Shown here: piece by piece, positions 13,907 to 27,244 of the stretch
Position numbering within the stretch: position 1 is the first letter of the stretch
Layout of the letters: every line of letters starts with the position of its first letter
Source of the DNA: Eledone cirrhosa
Lineage: Eukaryota
Direction: 5' to 3'
Assembly: GCA_964016885.1 (NCBI GenBank)
Contig: OZ024743.1
Location: 226,238,001 to 226,302,000 of the forward strand
Length of the DNA: 64,000 bases
Notes under the pieces: model-generated
What the model saw: only the letters and a program-made list of their open reading frames with translations
What the model was told of the DNA's origin: nothing
Database searches by the model: none
Made by a program: the position numbers and the translations under genes

Positions 13907-13988
13907 ATCTCTCGGACAGATTATCCCTAATCTGTTTCGCCCTGAGTGTGTTTGTAACAGATAATCCTGGGCTTCATCAGCGAGAGAT
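13907..13988 (-). ncRNA. Type I hammerhead ribozyme
   Basis: Minus strand: ATCTCTCG-CTGATGA-A-GCCC..GGGC-GAAA-CAGATT aggg at AATCTG-TC^CGAGAGAT; 8-bp stem I, full stem III, GUC site. Confidence 0.9.
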
Positions 13989-14246
13989 TCTGATTAAATG
14001 CCACAAACACTATTTGCCAACGTTCACACAGAAAGATGAATTTGTCACCTCGTGCTCCGCTAGTCAAACGTGGTAAGCGTGTATTGAATAGAAATAGAAA
14101 TAACAGTCCAACACACGCAACTTAATAAGCTCAACTTTCGTGTCTAAAATTACGAGGGTATAAGATACCACTAATGTTTCAAAAATTTAATCTAAACCAT
14201 ACAGTATGATATATTAATTGTATACTGACCGTATCAAAAACATTTC

Positions 14247-14334
14247 ATCTCTCGGACAGATTTTAGACTCAATCTGTTTCGCCCTGAAAAATTATGTTTC
14301 TAACATAATCTGTAGACTATCATCAGCGAGAGAT
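14247..14334 (-). ncRNA. Type I hammerhead ribozyme
   Basis: ATCTCTCG-CTGATGA-..GTCT..GGGC-GAAA-CAGATT..AATCTG-TC^CGAGAGAT. Confidence 0.82.
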
Positions 14335-14613
14335 AGATTAAATGAAACAAAACACCTCTAACAGCAATTTGAGGACCAAAGATATGTTCCTTGTGGTCTA
14401 CACGCTATAAGTGGTATGAGTAGTTATGCTAGAAATTAATAACTCTATATTTTATTTGTATTTCGGCTCCTTGAATGGGTGAGCTTATACACTGAGTGGG
14501 ATAAGGCTATTATTTCTAGCATAACTACTCATACCACGTATAGCGTGTAGACCACGAGGAACATATCTTTGGTCCTCAAATTGCTGTTAGAGGTGGTTTG
14601 TTTCATTTGATCT

Positions 14614-14703
14614 ATCTCTCGCTGATGATAGTCTACAGATTATCTGTTACAAACACAATTTTTCAGGGCGAAACAGATTGAGTATAAAATCTGTCCGCGA
14701 GAT
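14614..14703 (+). ncRNA. Type I hammerhead ribozyme (inverted copy)
   Basis: ATCTCTCG-CTGATGA-..-GAAA-CAGATT..AATCTG-TC^CGCGAGAT. Confidence 0.82.
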
Positions 14704-14812
14704 GAAATGTTTTTGATACAGTCAGTATACAATTAATATATCATACTGTATGGTTAAGATTAAATTTTTAAAACATTAGTGGTATCTTATATATATATAT
14801 ATATATATATAT

Positions 14813-15498
14813 GAATAAGCATGTATACGTACATACATATATGTATACAGACGTACAGTAGTATGTATATATACATACATGCATATATATATACATATGT
14901 ACGTATGGATTCACCGAACATTTATTATAATGCTCGGTGTGTTTGTAAAGAAACATCCCGAATTAAGCCGTACAGTGTCTAGCAACCATCGTTGCTCATT
15001 TGTTCAACACTGACAAAGAAACGCTGTACTAGTTTCAAGCTTATTAGCTATCGTCAGCAACGTATACCTTCCTGCCAGATGGTTGAACGTCTGAAAGTAT
15101 ATACTTTCCTTATGCATATTAACGGCTGAGCAGCCTAATTTGCATATCAAGTGAGTTAATCGGCCGGGGTACCGAAAACGATAAACGGAAAAAATGAAAC
15201 GAAATTTCATTTCTTACTCTTAGTACGGCTGCTACTTAAATATAAGTATGTATACGTACACACATATATGTATACAGACGTACAGATATATACATACATG
15301 CACACATATATATATATGTACGTATGGATTCACCGAACATTTATTATAATGCTCGGTGTGTTTGTAAAGAAACATCCCGAATTAAGCCGTACAGTGTCTA
15401 GCAACCATCGTTGCTCGTTTGTTCAACACTGACAAAGGAACGCTGTACTAGTTTCAAGCTAGTGAGAAATAAAATTTCGTTTCATTTTTTCCGTTTAT
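14813..15498 (-). mobile_element. Family G retrozyme-like tandem repeat (unit about 420-450 bp), about 1.5 units with a short inverted end
   Basis: Period about 427 (14816 vs 15243); same family at 26490-26980 and 47540-48430. Confidence 0.85.
15021..15063 (-). ncRNA. Minimal type I hammerhead (family G)
   Basis: ACGTTG-CTGACGA-T-AGCT aata AGCT-T-GAAA-CTAG-TA^CAGCGT; palindromic CTAG in place of stem III. Confidence 0.85.
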
Positions 15499-15547
15499 AT
15501 ATATATATATATATAGAAGTGGTTACACAACAGTTACTTCACCATAC

Positions 15548-15585
15548 CGAGAACAATTGTTTCACCTTAGCGGATCCTCAGCTCA
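15548..15585 (-). ncRNA. Minimal type I hammerhead
   Basis: TGAG-CTGAGGA-TCCgctaaGGT-GAAA-CAATTG-TT^CTCG; short stem II. Confidence 0.7.
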
Positions 15586-15801
15586 TAATCTTTATGCGCT
15601 GACAATTGTTCTCGGTATGGTGAACTAACTGTTGTGTAACCAGTTCTACTTAACTCGTCCAATGGACTGGGTGCTCTACCACTACGGATGTTACCTTCCA
15701 GTGTTCTACCGCTATATATATATATGGGACGAGTTAGATAGAAGTGGTTACACAACAGTTAGTTCACCATACCGAGAACAATTGTCAGCGCGTAAAGATT
15801 A

Positions 15802-15839
15802 TGAGCTGAGGATCCGCTAAGGTGAAACAATTGTTCTCG
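15802..15839 (+). ncRNA. Minimal type I hammerhead
   Basis: Same motif on the plus strand. Confidence 0.7.
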
Positions 15840-16128
15840 GTATGGTGAAGTAACTGTTGTGTAACCACTTCTATATATATATATGCTATCATTGAATCAT
15901 TGAAGCCAGTGTTATGATGTACGTTTGAAGAATAAAAAGGAGGAGATCTATGACTGGACATTGAAACCAGTGGTGTGTTATTGTTTGAGGGAAAGACTAA
16001 GAGAGTGGAACTATATGACGGAACAGTGACTGAAGAGACAACAGTGCCTTATTAAGCTCTAATTAGTTACTTAGATATTCTGCCAAGAACATCTATCTGA
16101 TCTATAATTTGTTTTTTAATTATAAGTA

Positions 16129-16238
<110 letters not shown>

Positions 16239-16424
16239 ATATATATATCGATACGTGTGTGTGTATGGAGGTGTGTGAGTCTGTGTTTTTTATGAGTGTG
16301 TGTTTAGTTATATTCCTATTTCTTTTATCTATAGTTTTGTATATTATATATACTAACACATTATGTAATTACGTATAATTTACACTGATATAGTTGCATA
16401 CATATAATATATAACTGCAAGTTT

Positions 16425-16542
<118 letters not shown>

Positions 16543-16912
16543 CAATATATTAACAGATGGAAACTATATTTGTATTTATTTGATGTTTATCCTACACCGA
16601 TGTGTAACTGAATCTGTCATATATAGCTACGCGTGATATTTGCTATAGACAGATGCAATTCTCACTTTACTTTTATCTATCCTTACATATAGATATAGAT
16701 ACAGTCACCATTATTTTCGCCTGTGGCTTTCCGTAGGGAGACATCAATGTGTGTCTTCTATGAGTAATTGTTGTTTTATTGTTTTAACAAATGACTGAAT
16801 GTGGTAGCAACTTACATAGCTGTCCACTGTCAATGTTTTCTAGTCATTTAGTTTTTTAGTTACATAAGAGTTTAATGATCTATTGAGGCTTGAGTGTATA
16901 TCACATATGTGG

Positions 16913-16975
16913 ACGCAACCTGGCTTAATGGTTAAGAATTTTGCCTCCCAATCATAAAGTTTCCAGTACGTTCAC
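16913..16975 (+). mobile_element. Decayed tRNA-derived SINE head
   Basis: TGGCTTAATGGTTAAG A-box-like motif followed by TTGCCTCCCAATCAT. Confidence 0.45.
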
Positions 16976-16989
16976 TTCACATACGTGAA

Positions 16990-17230
16990 CGGAAAAGCCT
17001 AAATGAACTGATACAGAAACTAGGCATAAAAGGAATCAAGTACTGTGTGCTAGAGAGGAGATTACGTTAGTATGGACATGTGATGTGTATGAAGGATGAC
17101 AGTTGCATAAAAAGGTGCAGGGCGCTCAAAGTCGATGAAAGCCTTGGGGTGGGGAGACCCAGAAAGACTTGGGATGAAGTGATAAAAGCCGACTTTTCCC
17201 AATTGCACCTTTCAAAGGCGATGACACACA
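16990..17230 (+). mobile_element. RTE-clade LINE 3' fragment
   Basis: Translates ..ERRLR*YGHVMCM..GRPRKTWDEVIKAD, typical RTE C-terminus. Confidence 0.75.
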
Positions 17231-17289
17231 TACTGTATATATGCTGAAGTATATATACAGTATGCCCTACCCCCACCCCACCGTCTCAT

Positions 17290-17620
17290 ACATCTCCCCA
17301 ACCCACACTGTAAAGTGGTCATGATGGTGACACGGTAAACATCGCCTAGCCCACACTGAAAAGTGGTCGTGTATTGGTCACAACAAAATGCACCCAGTCC
17401 ACACAGTAAAATGGTCTTGTTGGTGTCACGATAAAAGCACCCAGTACTTACTGTAAATGAGATTGGTATTAGGAAGAGCATCCAGCTGTAGAAACCAAGC
17501 CCAAATCTGTTCTGTATGAGCCTGTATGAGCATGGTCACCTGACTTAGCATTGCCTACAACAGGACAACTCAACTAACCTAGGCTAGTGAGGTGAGATGA
17601 ACATAAAACGGTGATGATGA
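17290..17620 (+). mobile_element. SINE body/tail with about 47-bp internal repeats and (GAT)n end
   Basis: Repeated CACACTGTAAAGTGGT units, AGGAAGAGCATCCAGCTGTAGAAACC core, TAAAACGGTGATGATGA tail. Confidence 0.6.
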
Positions 17621-17660
17621 CACACACACACACACACATATACATATATAGTATCTATCT

Positions 17661-17786
<126 letters not shown>

Positions 17787-18078
17787 ATATATATATATAT
17801 CTTTCTATTTATCTATCTATCTATCTATTTATCTATCTATAAATAATCTAGCTGTCGTCTGTTCTACAGCGTAGATGTAATTCACTTCGCGTAGAAGTTT
17901 TGTTCAAATTTATTGCGGAAATTTTGTAAGTTCAATTTTAATTTTGATACTGTTGTGTAGCTTGACCCCCCGTCTGAACTGTCAGGCGGTGGGTCAGCTC
18001 ATCTTTACCCCTTCTAGGGGTGAAAAACCTGTTTTTAAAAATTTTGTGGCATAAACAAATTTCAATCGTCTGACAGAA

Positions 18079-19978
18079 ATGTTAAACGAAGCTAACGAAT
18101 ATAGTGGTGGGGGGACAGCGGTAAGAGTTGTAAGCTCGCATGCTTTAGTCCCCCCCTTCCTTCCCAACTAACGTCATAGAGAAGGAAGGAAAAAATAAAA
18201 TAAAAACAGACGAATCTGCGGAAAAAAATGACGAAAACACAAATCTGGACATGGATTCCAACCACGAAAAAAAAAATTTGAAAAATTGCATGACAATATT
18301 AATACCACAAACAAAGACACAACAAACACAAAAATAACATTTGAAAACAACATCATAACAGAAAGCAAAGCAGACGACAAAGTCAACACCAATAAGATTT
18401 CATTTGCACAAACAACAAAGAAATCTTTGACATATATACCTGAAAATATTTCAGATGTGGCACAAAGAATTGCAGACGCCAAACAATATATAACTGAAGG
18501 AGAGAATGGTATTTTATCGGTAAAAATGCCTCAAGAACTCACCAAAGACATTGAAAGTCGAACGGTCGTTTTGCGCACCATCAACAACATTTCTAAAAAA
18601 CCTGAACAGCCAACTCAAACAGAAATCAAAACAGTACTTACAGAAGTACTTAATGAAACCACTTTCATGAGAAAAGACAGACTGTATGGAAGCCTAGCGA
18701 TTATTATGAAGAACGAATCGGCGGCAAAAAAATGTGCTTTGTCACCGATTCGTTCGAAAAATTTTACCTTTTATCTATCTTATATGAGTAAAAGAACTCA
18801 ACGCATATGGCTGGATGCAATGATGCCAGATGTGGACTACTGCTGGCTCATAGCTGGCTTCATCGATCCAGCGAATGACAACGTGATTTCCATTGGGAAA
18901 ACCACAAGCAATGCGTTCAGTGGAGCAGGTATAGAACTTGTAGTGCAAATGAAGCCTGAACGCATCGCCCAAATACCCGACAGAATCCTATTAGATGGCC
19001 ACGGGTATATAAACATTAGCGTGGAGGGGAGAAGGCCGTCCTGTCATATCTGTGCAGGCAGAGGGACCTGAAGGCGGCTTGTCCTCAACTCAACAAAAAG
19101 AAAACCCTGCTACCAACACCAGCTCCACCACCACCACCACAACAGATAAACAAACAACAAAACTCAGTCCCACCCAACCCGTCCCTCAGTAAAACTACAC
19201 CACCATCACAACACAAACAGTCACAACACATCACCCAAAACAAAATACAGGCCCACCCAACCCCTCACGCAATAAAACAACACAACCACCGCAGCCACAA
19301 CACACAACACAGTCTAACATAGTGACATCCATCTCCCCCACAAAGAAAACCAACACGGAAACATTACCAGCAAACATACCTCTTCCCTCCAACACTGAAG
19401 ATAACCCAACGAATTCGGAGGAAGGAACGGAGTCCTTCAGACAGATTAAAACGAAAAAAAGAAAACATGTGCAAAACACACAAGGCCAAACAACCCCCGC
19501 CCAAATGTCAACACAATCCAACAAAACACAAAACACCCCTCCAGCAATAAACAAAACCAAACCTGCCCCTCCCCTCTTCGAAACACTCACACCATCCGAA
19601 AAAAAGACATTACACTATACTTACATCAACAGAAACAATAATAAATTAAATGAACGCATAAACAATAATCCTTCGGTACAACCGAAGGTGTAAACTTTGT
19701 TTCTTCAGAAAACTACCCACATTTAAAATTAATAAAGATCCCAATGAACCTCTACCAAAAACTAAAAAAGGATTTTAAGGAGGACGTAGGACCACCCTCT
19801 GTCAAACCCATAAACCGCGTCATCCTAAAAAGCTTTCCCGCTCCCCTTCCCCTCCCCAACACAACTCCAAACACCCCAACCTCACCACACACTGACGACT
19901 CCACACCACCACAAGACACCCCTTCACCCAACACCCATGGAAGTCTTGCGACCCGAACCCCGGGAAGCAGAAAGGTAG
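18079..19978 (+). pseudogene. ORF1 of copy B, frameshifted
   Basis: ORFs 18286-19071, 19322-19693 and 19744 onward match copy A ORF1. Confidence 0.85.
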
Positions 19979-20011
19979 GTCTCTACACTCTCCTTTGGCT
20001 CTGCCGCCCAC

Positions 20012-23000
20012 ATGGATGTGTTAAGAGTAGGGTGTTTGAATGCACGTGGCCTGGGCTCAACTTGGAAGCAAGCAAAGCTTCTAAATGACCTCAGGTCATT
20101 TGGTATAAATGTAATGGTTATCTGTGCGACTCGGATCAGCGTCGTGCGGCAGCTGGCCTCTACCTTCGATGACTTGGAGGTGCATGCATCTCTCTGTCAA
20201 CCGTGAGGTGGGGTGGGGTTGTCGTACTGCTGCAAAAACATCTGGGTCTTGCCGTACAGGTTGTTCACTCGGACCCGGAGGGTCGTTTGTTGGTGCTAGA
20301 CGTTGGCAGTAATGAAGGTGCGGCCTTGAGACTGGTCGCCGTCTACTCCCCTTTCGGAGCTGAACGGCCCGACTTCATCCACCGTTTGGAGACTTTTCTG
20401 GGAACGTCGCGTTCCCTGCTTCTAGCGGGGGATTGGAATGACATCCTAGATGCACGTTGGGACTGTGCAGGAGCATGTCCTAATAGAGGAGGTGTAACAG
20501 CCTTAAGGGGTTACTCGGCCGTTTTAACTTGGTCGATAGATATCGACTAGATTTTCCAACTGTGCCTACCTGGACTTGCAGAAACCACAGTGGTCAATCT
20601 AGATCGTACTTAGATAGATTCTTAGTTAGAAGTAAGGATGGGGACATATTAAGCTGTCCAGAAATGCGCACGGTTGGCTATACGGATCACAAATTAGTGA
20701 CCTGCGTAGTCAATCTCGAGAAAACACATAAACAGGGTCCCGGTTACTGGAAACTTAATTTGTCTTTACCGGCAAAAGAGACTTACAGAAACAGGATTAG
20801 CAGATTAGTTAAGGAGAGGTTGACGGGTGCAATCGTCAACAACCGATGGTGGGCATCTCTCAAAAGAGAGATTAGAACAGAATCAATAAGTTATAGCAAG
20901 ATGTTAGCTGCCCATAGGAATAGAAACGAGAAAGAATTAACAGGTAAATTAGAAGAGGCAATGAAGAGCGAAGATGTGGCCAGAGTGCTGGCATCGAGGA
21001 CGGCCTTGAACCAGTTTTTCGATGCAAAGCACGAAGGCTGCGTCATTCGAAGTAAAATACGTGCTCTAGGTAATGAGGGGGCCAAAGCCGTTGGCTGGGC
21101 CCGCGTGACAGAAGCTAAGAGTGGAAATCGATCCACCATCCGGTCGTTGCAAGATGAGGATGGACGGGTGATCCGGGAGACTAAGCAGATGTGCGAGGCA
21201 TTTCAAAGGCACTTTGCATGATTATTCGGGGGAGGAGAGGGTCCGGGCGGGGACGTGGATTTCGGTCGATACCTCGACGGCCTGCCGCGTCTCTCGAGCG
21301 AAGAGGCAGATTCCTGCCAGGGACCAATCTCGGCTGATGAGATCGGGGATGCGCTGAGCCAATGCAGCAGACGCAAATCTCCAGGTCTCGATGGTATACC
21401 TTACAAACTTTATTTAGCAATGCCGGTCTTCTTCTCCGAACTCCTCGAAGCGGTCTACTGCATTTGGCAGCAGAACGGGAGAATTCTTTGTTCTGTAGCC
21501 AAGGGCGTAGTCTCGCTGGTGAGGAAGGACGAGAACAATGGGGATAGTATAAATAATTTTTGGCCCATAACCCTGCTAAACACAGAGTTAAAGATTTTGG
21601 CCAAGGTGTTAGCAAAGAGGTTGGCGCTTGTCGTGGGTAGCCTGGTGGGAGATGCGCAGACATGTGCTATCCTATCCAGGTCCATTCACGATAACCTCCA
21701 CCTCATGCGATACATCATAGAGAGGGTTGGCAACAAACCCGGCTTCGGTGGGGCCCTGATCAACTTGGATCAGTCTAAGGCCTTCGTTAGGGTCGACCAT
21801 GGTTACCTGGATGCGGTGCTAGCGGCGGCTGGGTTCGGTCCTGTTTTCAGAGGCTGGATCACTGCCTTACATAGCAACCACATCTGTTCTAGGATCAAGG
21901 TGAACGGCTACCTTTCGAAGCCGTTCGAAATCACACGATCCATTCGACAGGGGTGCCCTCTCTCCTCCCTTCTGTACGTATTGACTCTCGAGCCTTTACT
22001 GAGGAAGTTGGAGTTGTTGCAGGGTATCCCCCTGTAACCAGGATTGAGCAAAGCGGTGTCGGCCTACGCCGATGACGTAACAGTAATGGTATCGACCGAC
22101 TCGGAGATCGAGGCGATCGGTACCTTACTGGAGGATTACGAAAGGTTGTCAGGAGCGAAACTGAACCGGGAAAAATCCATCGGGCTGCAACTCGGAACGT
22201 GGAGAGGCAGACCGATGCCTCCCGACGGTGCCGTCGGACACTGGACGGAGGGCCCGGTAAAGTTGCTTGGGGTCTGGTTTGGACCGGACCTCCAGGTGGA
22301 AAAGAACTGGGACGAGGTTACGAACAAGGTGTTTGCACTAATCCAGAAATGGGCCAAGTGTAAGCTGTCCCTAAAAGGCCGGGCGGAGGTGGCGAACATT
22401 TACATAGCGTCCGTCACTCACTACCGCCTGACTGTCGTGCCTTGCCCTAAGGAAACACTCACCACCATGGAACGCATGATCTTCCAATTTCTTCGGAAGA
22501 AGCGCCCTCCTATGGTGAGAAGATCCATCTGCTGCCAACAACCTTCGAAAGGAGGGCTGGGGATGTCGTGGTTGATGATGCGTAGGCACGCATTAAGGCT
22601 ACGGCACCTACAGGTATTCCTCACTGGTCAACCGGTGTGGGCTCCGTTCGTGAAACGATTTTCCGAGACTCGTCTCGCTCACCGAGCTGCAGTCCCGGGT
22701 CAAGCAAAGATCCGGAAAACTGGGAGACTGGCACACTGAGTGTGCTCAGGCGCTCAGGGCTCTCTGGCAAGCGGGCCAGGCCATCGGTGGAGAATCCACC
22801 TCATCATTCTATAGAGGGCTGGTGGCTAGCAGGGGCGATGACATCCTTGGAGAGTCGCTGGACATGGAAGAGGACGAACTGGCCAGCCTGTTCGGTAGGA
22901 CTTTCGGCCCGGGACCAATGGACAACTTCCAGAAGTCACTAGCCTGGCAGTGCTACCGAGGGCTCTACCCGTTCGAGAGACGCTCTACAGACACGGGCGC

Positions 23001-23444
23001 CCGGGCAGGGATCCCTCGAAAAAGATTTGCCCTAGATGCGTGCGTCACGAAGAAACCGTTGCGCACGCATTGGTGCAATGTCCGGGCGTGGCTGATCTGT
23101 GGGGCTACGCCGAACGACTGCTGTCGCGGGTGGCGCCGATTCGATTGACCGCCGAGTCTGTGATGACAATCAAACCGCCTCCCCTCTTCACAAAGGAAGC
23201 AAAGGCGGTTTTTCTGTGCGTAATAGCCATGTTGAAAGAGGTTGTTTGGTGGACACGACTGAAAGGTCTGAGGTCAGGCAACTTCCTCTCTGGCCATAGT
23301 CTGGTCTACTTCTTCCGATATCACTTCGGAAGAAGGATAAGAATGGAGAGAGAGGTGCTTGGCCACAGCCAGTTTTATGAAAGGTGGGTGATAGTGGCGA
23401 GAATGGCTCGTGTAAATAGGCCTTCTCTGTATACCATCCTGTAG
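20012..23444 (+). pseudogene. ORF2 (APE-RT-Zn finger) of copy B, multiple frameshifts and stops
   Basis: Six consecutive ORF fragments matching copy A. Confidence 0.92.
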
Positions 23445-23658
23445 GTAAAGAAGTGAAGGAGAGGGGAGCACCTTCTCCATGTGCTCCCCGGGCAAAGGAT
23501 TGCACACTTTTTCGGGGGTGTGTGCAACCCCCATCACGTCCCCTCCCTTTTGAGGTTGTTTTCGATTATTTTCATTTTATACCCTTTTTACTCGATTGTA
23601 TGTAAACTCCCCCTTTGTATTTGTCCCTTCTTTTTATGCCTTTATGGTAAATAAAGAA

Positions 23659-23762
<104 letters not shown>

Positions 23763-23781
23763 ATATCTATATCTATATAAC

Positions 23782-23860
<79 letters not shown>

Positions 23861-23865
<5 letters not shown>

Positions 23866-24052
23866 AACCAGTAAGACCCCGACAGCTGAGCTCAAGCCGT
23901 TTCGACGGCTAATTCTGGACTGAATTAGCCGTCGAAACGGCTTGAGCTCAATGGTCGGTGTCTTACTGGTTCCTATTACCCACTCTACTACCTCAAGTAT
24001 TGAGTACTTTGGTGCGTTATGGTCCACCTGGTTCCTTACCACATTTCCTTCG

Positions 24053-24055
<3 letters not shown>
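23861..24055. mobile_element. Family F copy with a 55-bp inverted end
   Basis: Arms 23861-23915 / 23922-23976; (TA)n flanks. Confidence 0.85.
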
Positions 24056-24137
<82 letters not shown>

Positions 24138-24370
24138 TATAGATATATATATATAGTAAGAATAATAAATTTGAAGACTAAAATCCAAAGAGGGCTCGAT
24201 AAGGATAAATATATATATAGAGATTTTGAGTATATGTTGGTTGTATACCAACACCATAGTATGCAGGCTGGAGCACTCGACGAAGTGCGTAGGTTGGTTT
24301 GGTTACTCCGGGGTAATGTAAAATAAAGTTAAATAAAAAGTCAAATGTTTAAAATTTAGCTTCGTTTATT

Positions 24371-24425
24371 ACAGCTATATATATTTCAGTGACAACCATC
24401 TTTGGCTGTGACCTCTTCAGGCAGT
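24371..24425 (-). ncRNA. Type I hammerhead (family H)
   Basis: ACTGC-CTGAAGA-GGTCACAGCCA aaga TGGTTGTCACT-GAAA-TATATA-TA^GCTGT. Confidence 0.78.
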
Positions 24426-24644
24426 TTGAATTAGTGTGGTATAGACAAGTACATATGTTGTTGAGGTGTATAATATTGTCAATACTCTGATATGCCCAGT
24501 TGCTGGTTGGGTTGTTAATTCACTGAGGAACTGGAATCATATGATTCATATGATTCCATTTCCTCAGGAACTGGACATATCAGAGTATTGACAATATTAT
24601 ACACCTCAACAACATATGTACTTGTCTATACCATACTAATTCAA

Positions 24645-24699
24645 ACTGCCTGAAGAGGTCACAGCCAAAGATGGCTGTCACTGAAATATATATAGCAGT
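24645..24699 (+). ncRNA. Type I hammerhead (family H)
   Basis: ACTGC-CTGAAGA-stem II-GAAA-TATATA-TA^GCAGT. Confidence 0.85.
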
Positions 24700-24744
24700 A
24701 ATAAACGAAGCTAAATTTTAAACATTTGACTTTTTATTTAACTT

Positions 24745-24827
<83 letters not shown>

Positions 24828-25447
24828 CGCAAGTGTGTGTATATGAATATATACGGCTGCATATATATATATATACAAAAGAGAAGAATATTGTTACTTT
24901 AAACGTGTAATATTCGTAACCTCTTACGTCTTACTTTCATTTACAAATATTTAGAGATTAACTTTCGTGTCACCAAAGCATTTGTAAGTAAAACGTATTA
25001 TGTAGGCATTTTATACGACCAAATATATTATTTTTTGCTTTTGTTTGCACCTCCAATACTTGATACAGAGAATCACATGCCTCTGTATCAATGAAATACC
25101 ACCACTTCTGTAGTTTCATCATACAGATGGTGTAGTATCAGCTGGAGCATTCACAATTCATTGGGAGGAGTATTTTAGCCTTGCCATATTGGTGTAGGTC
25201 TTCTTCATTTTGAGAAACAATGATGGGGAAGCGCCACATCTTATACACACAAACACACACACGCGCGCACATGTATATATATATATGTGTGTGTGAGTGT
25301 GTGTATACATAGAAACGTAGTGAGAGAGGGAAAGAGAGTGTCTAGAAATAGTATCTATAGAGAGAGACAGAGAGAGTAGAAATAAAGGGGAGACCGTGGG
25401 TAGGGAGAGAGAAAAACAGCGTCTAGAAATAATAACTCTAGCGAGTC

Positions 25448-25544
<97 letters not shown>

Positions 25545-26096
25545 GGAGAGATAGAGAGATAGATAGATAGATAGATAGATAGAGAGAGAGAGGGGAGTAA
25601 ACAGAGACAGTAGAGATTAAAGAGGTCAAAAGGAATTGGTTGGCAAAATAGAAATAACATGAATAAAACGGTGAAAAAATGAGATATAAAAGGATAGACG
25701 GCTAAAGAATATATTAGCTATTAAAATTAAACAACCTCCCTTTCTAGACGAAAGCAACAGTAAATAGAACGACAAGAGCTAAAACAACAACAACAGAGAC
25801 AACAACAATGACGACGATGACGAAGTAAACAGCATCAATATAAGCAACAACAACAATACAATCAACAAAAAGCATAGTATATCACCCCCACCGCAGTGCC
25901 TCATCTCACTAGTGATATAATGCAGCACAATAAATCATAAATCATATATCGCAATCCATTTATTAGATAAATAGCAAGACTCGTGAATCACACATATTAC
26001 ACAAGCACAAACACAATTGCAACCATGCTCCCTCACACAAACATATATACTTAAAATCATAATTAATGAATCTAGATATATATACGTGTATGTTAA

Positions 26097-26182
<86 letters not shown>

Positions 26183-26284
26183 GTGTGTGTGCGCGCGCGT
26201 GTCTGTCTGTGTGTGTGTACATATATACACATATATATATACATATATATATATGAGTGTGTATATGTATATGTGTAGACATAA

Positions 26285-26351
26285 AAAGAACGAGATGGTG
26301 AAAGAACGAGAGGGTGAAAGAACGAGAAGGTGAAAGAACGAGAGGGAGAAA
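26285..26351. repeat. 16-bp minisatellite x4 (GAACGAGAGGGTGAAA)
   Basis: Direct reading. Confidence 0.85.
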
Positions 26352-26489
26352 GAGAGAAGTCTAATATACTGTACACAAAACACTTTATTTAAATTGTCAA
26401 CATAACATTTCACTACATATTTATTGATATACACATATGCACACAACGGAGAGGATATACGAATTATGTATATATATATATATACATAT

Positions 26490-26980
26490 AAGTATGTATA
26501 CGTACATACATATATGTATACATACGTTCAGTAGTATGTATATTTATACATACATGCACATATATATATATATATGCATGTATGGATTTACCGAACATTT
26601 ATTATAATGCTCGGTGTGTTTGTAAACGAACATCCCGAATTAAGCCGTACAGTGTTTAGCAACAAGGAAGGTGCTGACGATAGCTAATAAGCTTGAAACT
26701 AGTACATCGTTCCTTTGTCAGTGTTGAACAAAAGGGCAACGATGGTTGCTAAACACTGTACGGCTTAATTCGGGATGTTTGTTTACAAAGACACCGAGCA
26801 TTATAATAAATGTTCGGTAAATCCATATATGCATATATATATATATGTGTGCATGTATATATATATATACATACTACTGTACGTCTGTATACATATATGC
26901 ATGTACGTATACATACTTATATTTAAGTAACAGCCGTACTAAGAGTGAGAAATGAAATTTCGTTTCATTTTTCCGTTTAT
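26490..26980. mobile_element. Family G copy arranged as an inverted repeat
   Basis: 26490-26663 is the reverse complement of about 26745-26920. Confidence 0.85.
26670..26710 (+). ncRNA. Minimal type I hammerhead (family G)
   Basis: GGTG-CTGACGA-TAGCTaataAGCTT-GAAA-CTAG-TA^CATC. Confidence 0.82.
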
Positions 26981-27151
26981 ATATATATATATATATACAT
27001 ATAGGGTGTCCCACAAAAATGTACACACCCCAACAGCATTCTACTATATATATATATATATATATATTCGTCTCCATATCTATATATCAATAAATGGATA
27101 GAGACGTTATGTATTTACACACATACACAGACACACACACACACGCACACA

Positions 27152-27244
<93 letters not shown>

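Larger units (their letters stand above)
13700..14791. mobile_element. Retrozyme/pLTR-like element: diverged tandem units of about 340 bp plus an inverted copy of about 280 bp; three hammerheads
   Basis: Inverted arms about 14158-14436 / 14512-14791; tandem similarity 13800-14000 vs 14138-14345; (TA)n flanks. Confidence 0.85.
15513..15873. mobile_element. Nested (double) palindromic element with two hammerheads
   Basis: 15727-15873 is the reverse complement of 15513-15660; each half is itself a hairpin with arms of about 45 bp. Confidence 0.85.
24222..24750. mobile_element. Fold-back element (family H), arms of about 180 bp, one hammerhead per arm
   Basis: 24320-24501 / 24569-24750 are reverse complements; relative at 45890-46245. 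Confidence 0.88.

Noticed and set aside
17290-17455. Spaced repeats superficially like a CRISPR array
   Set aside because: Degenerate tandem units inside a SINE in eukaryotic DNA; no unique spacers or cas genes
25040-25245. Minus-strand peptide WYFIDTEACDSL resembling a retroviral protease DTGA motif
   Set aside because: Single degenerate motif with a stop and no other gag/pol context
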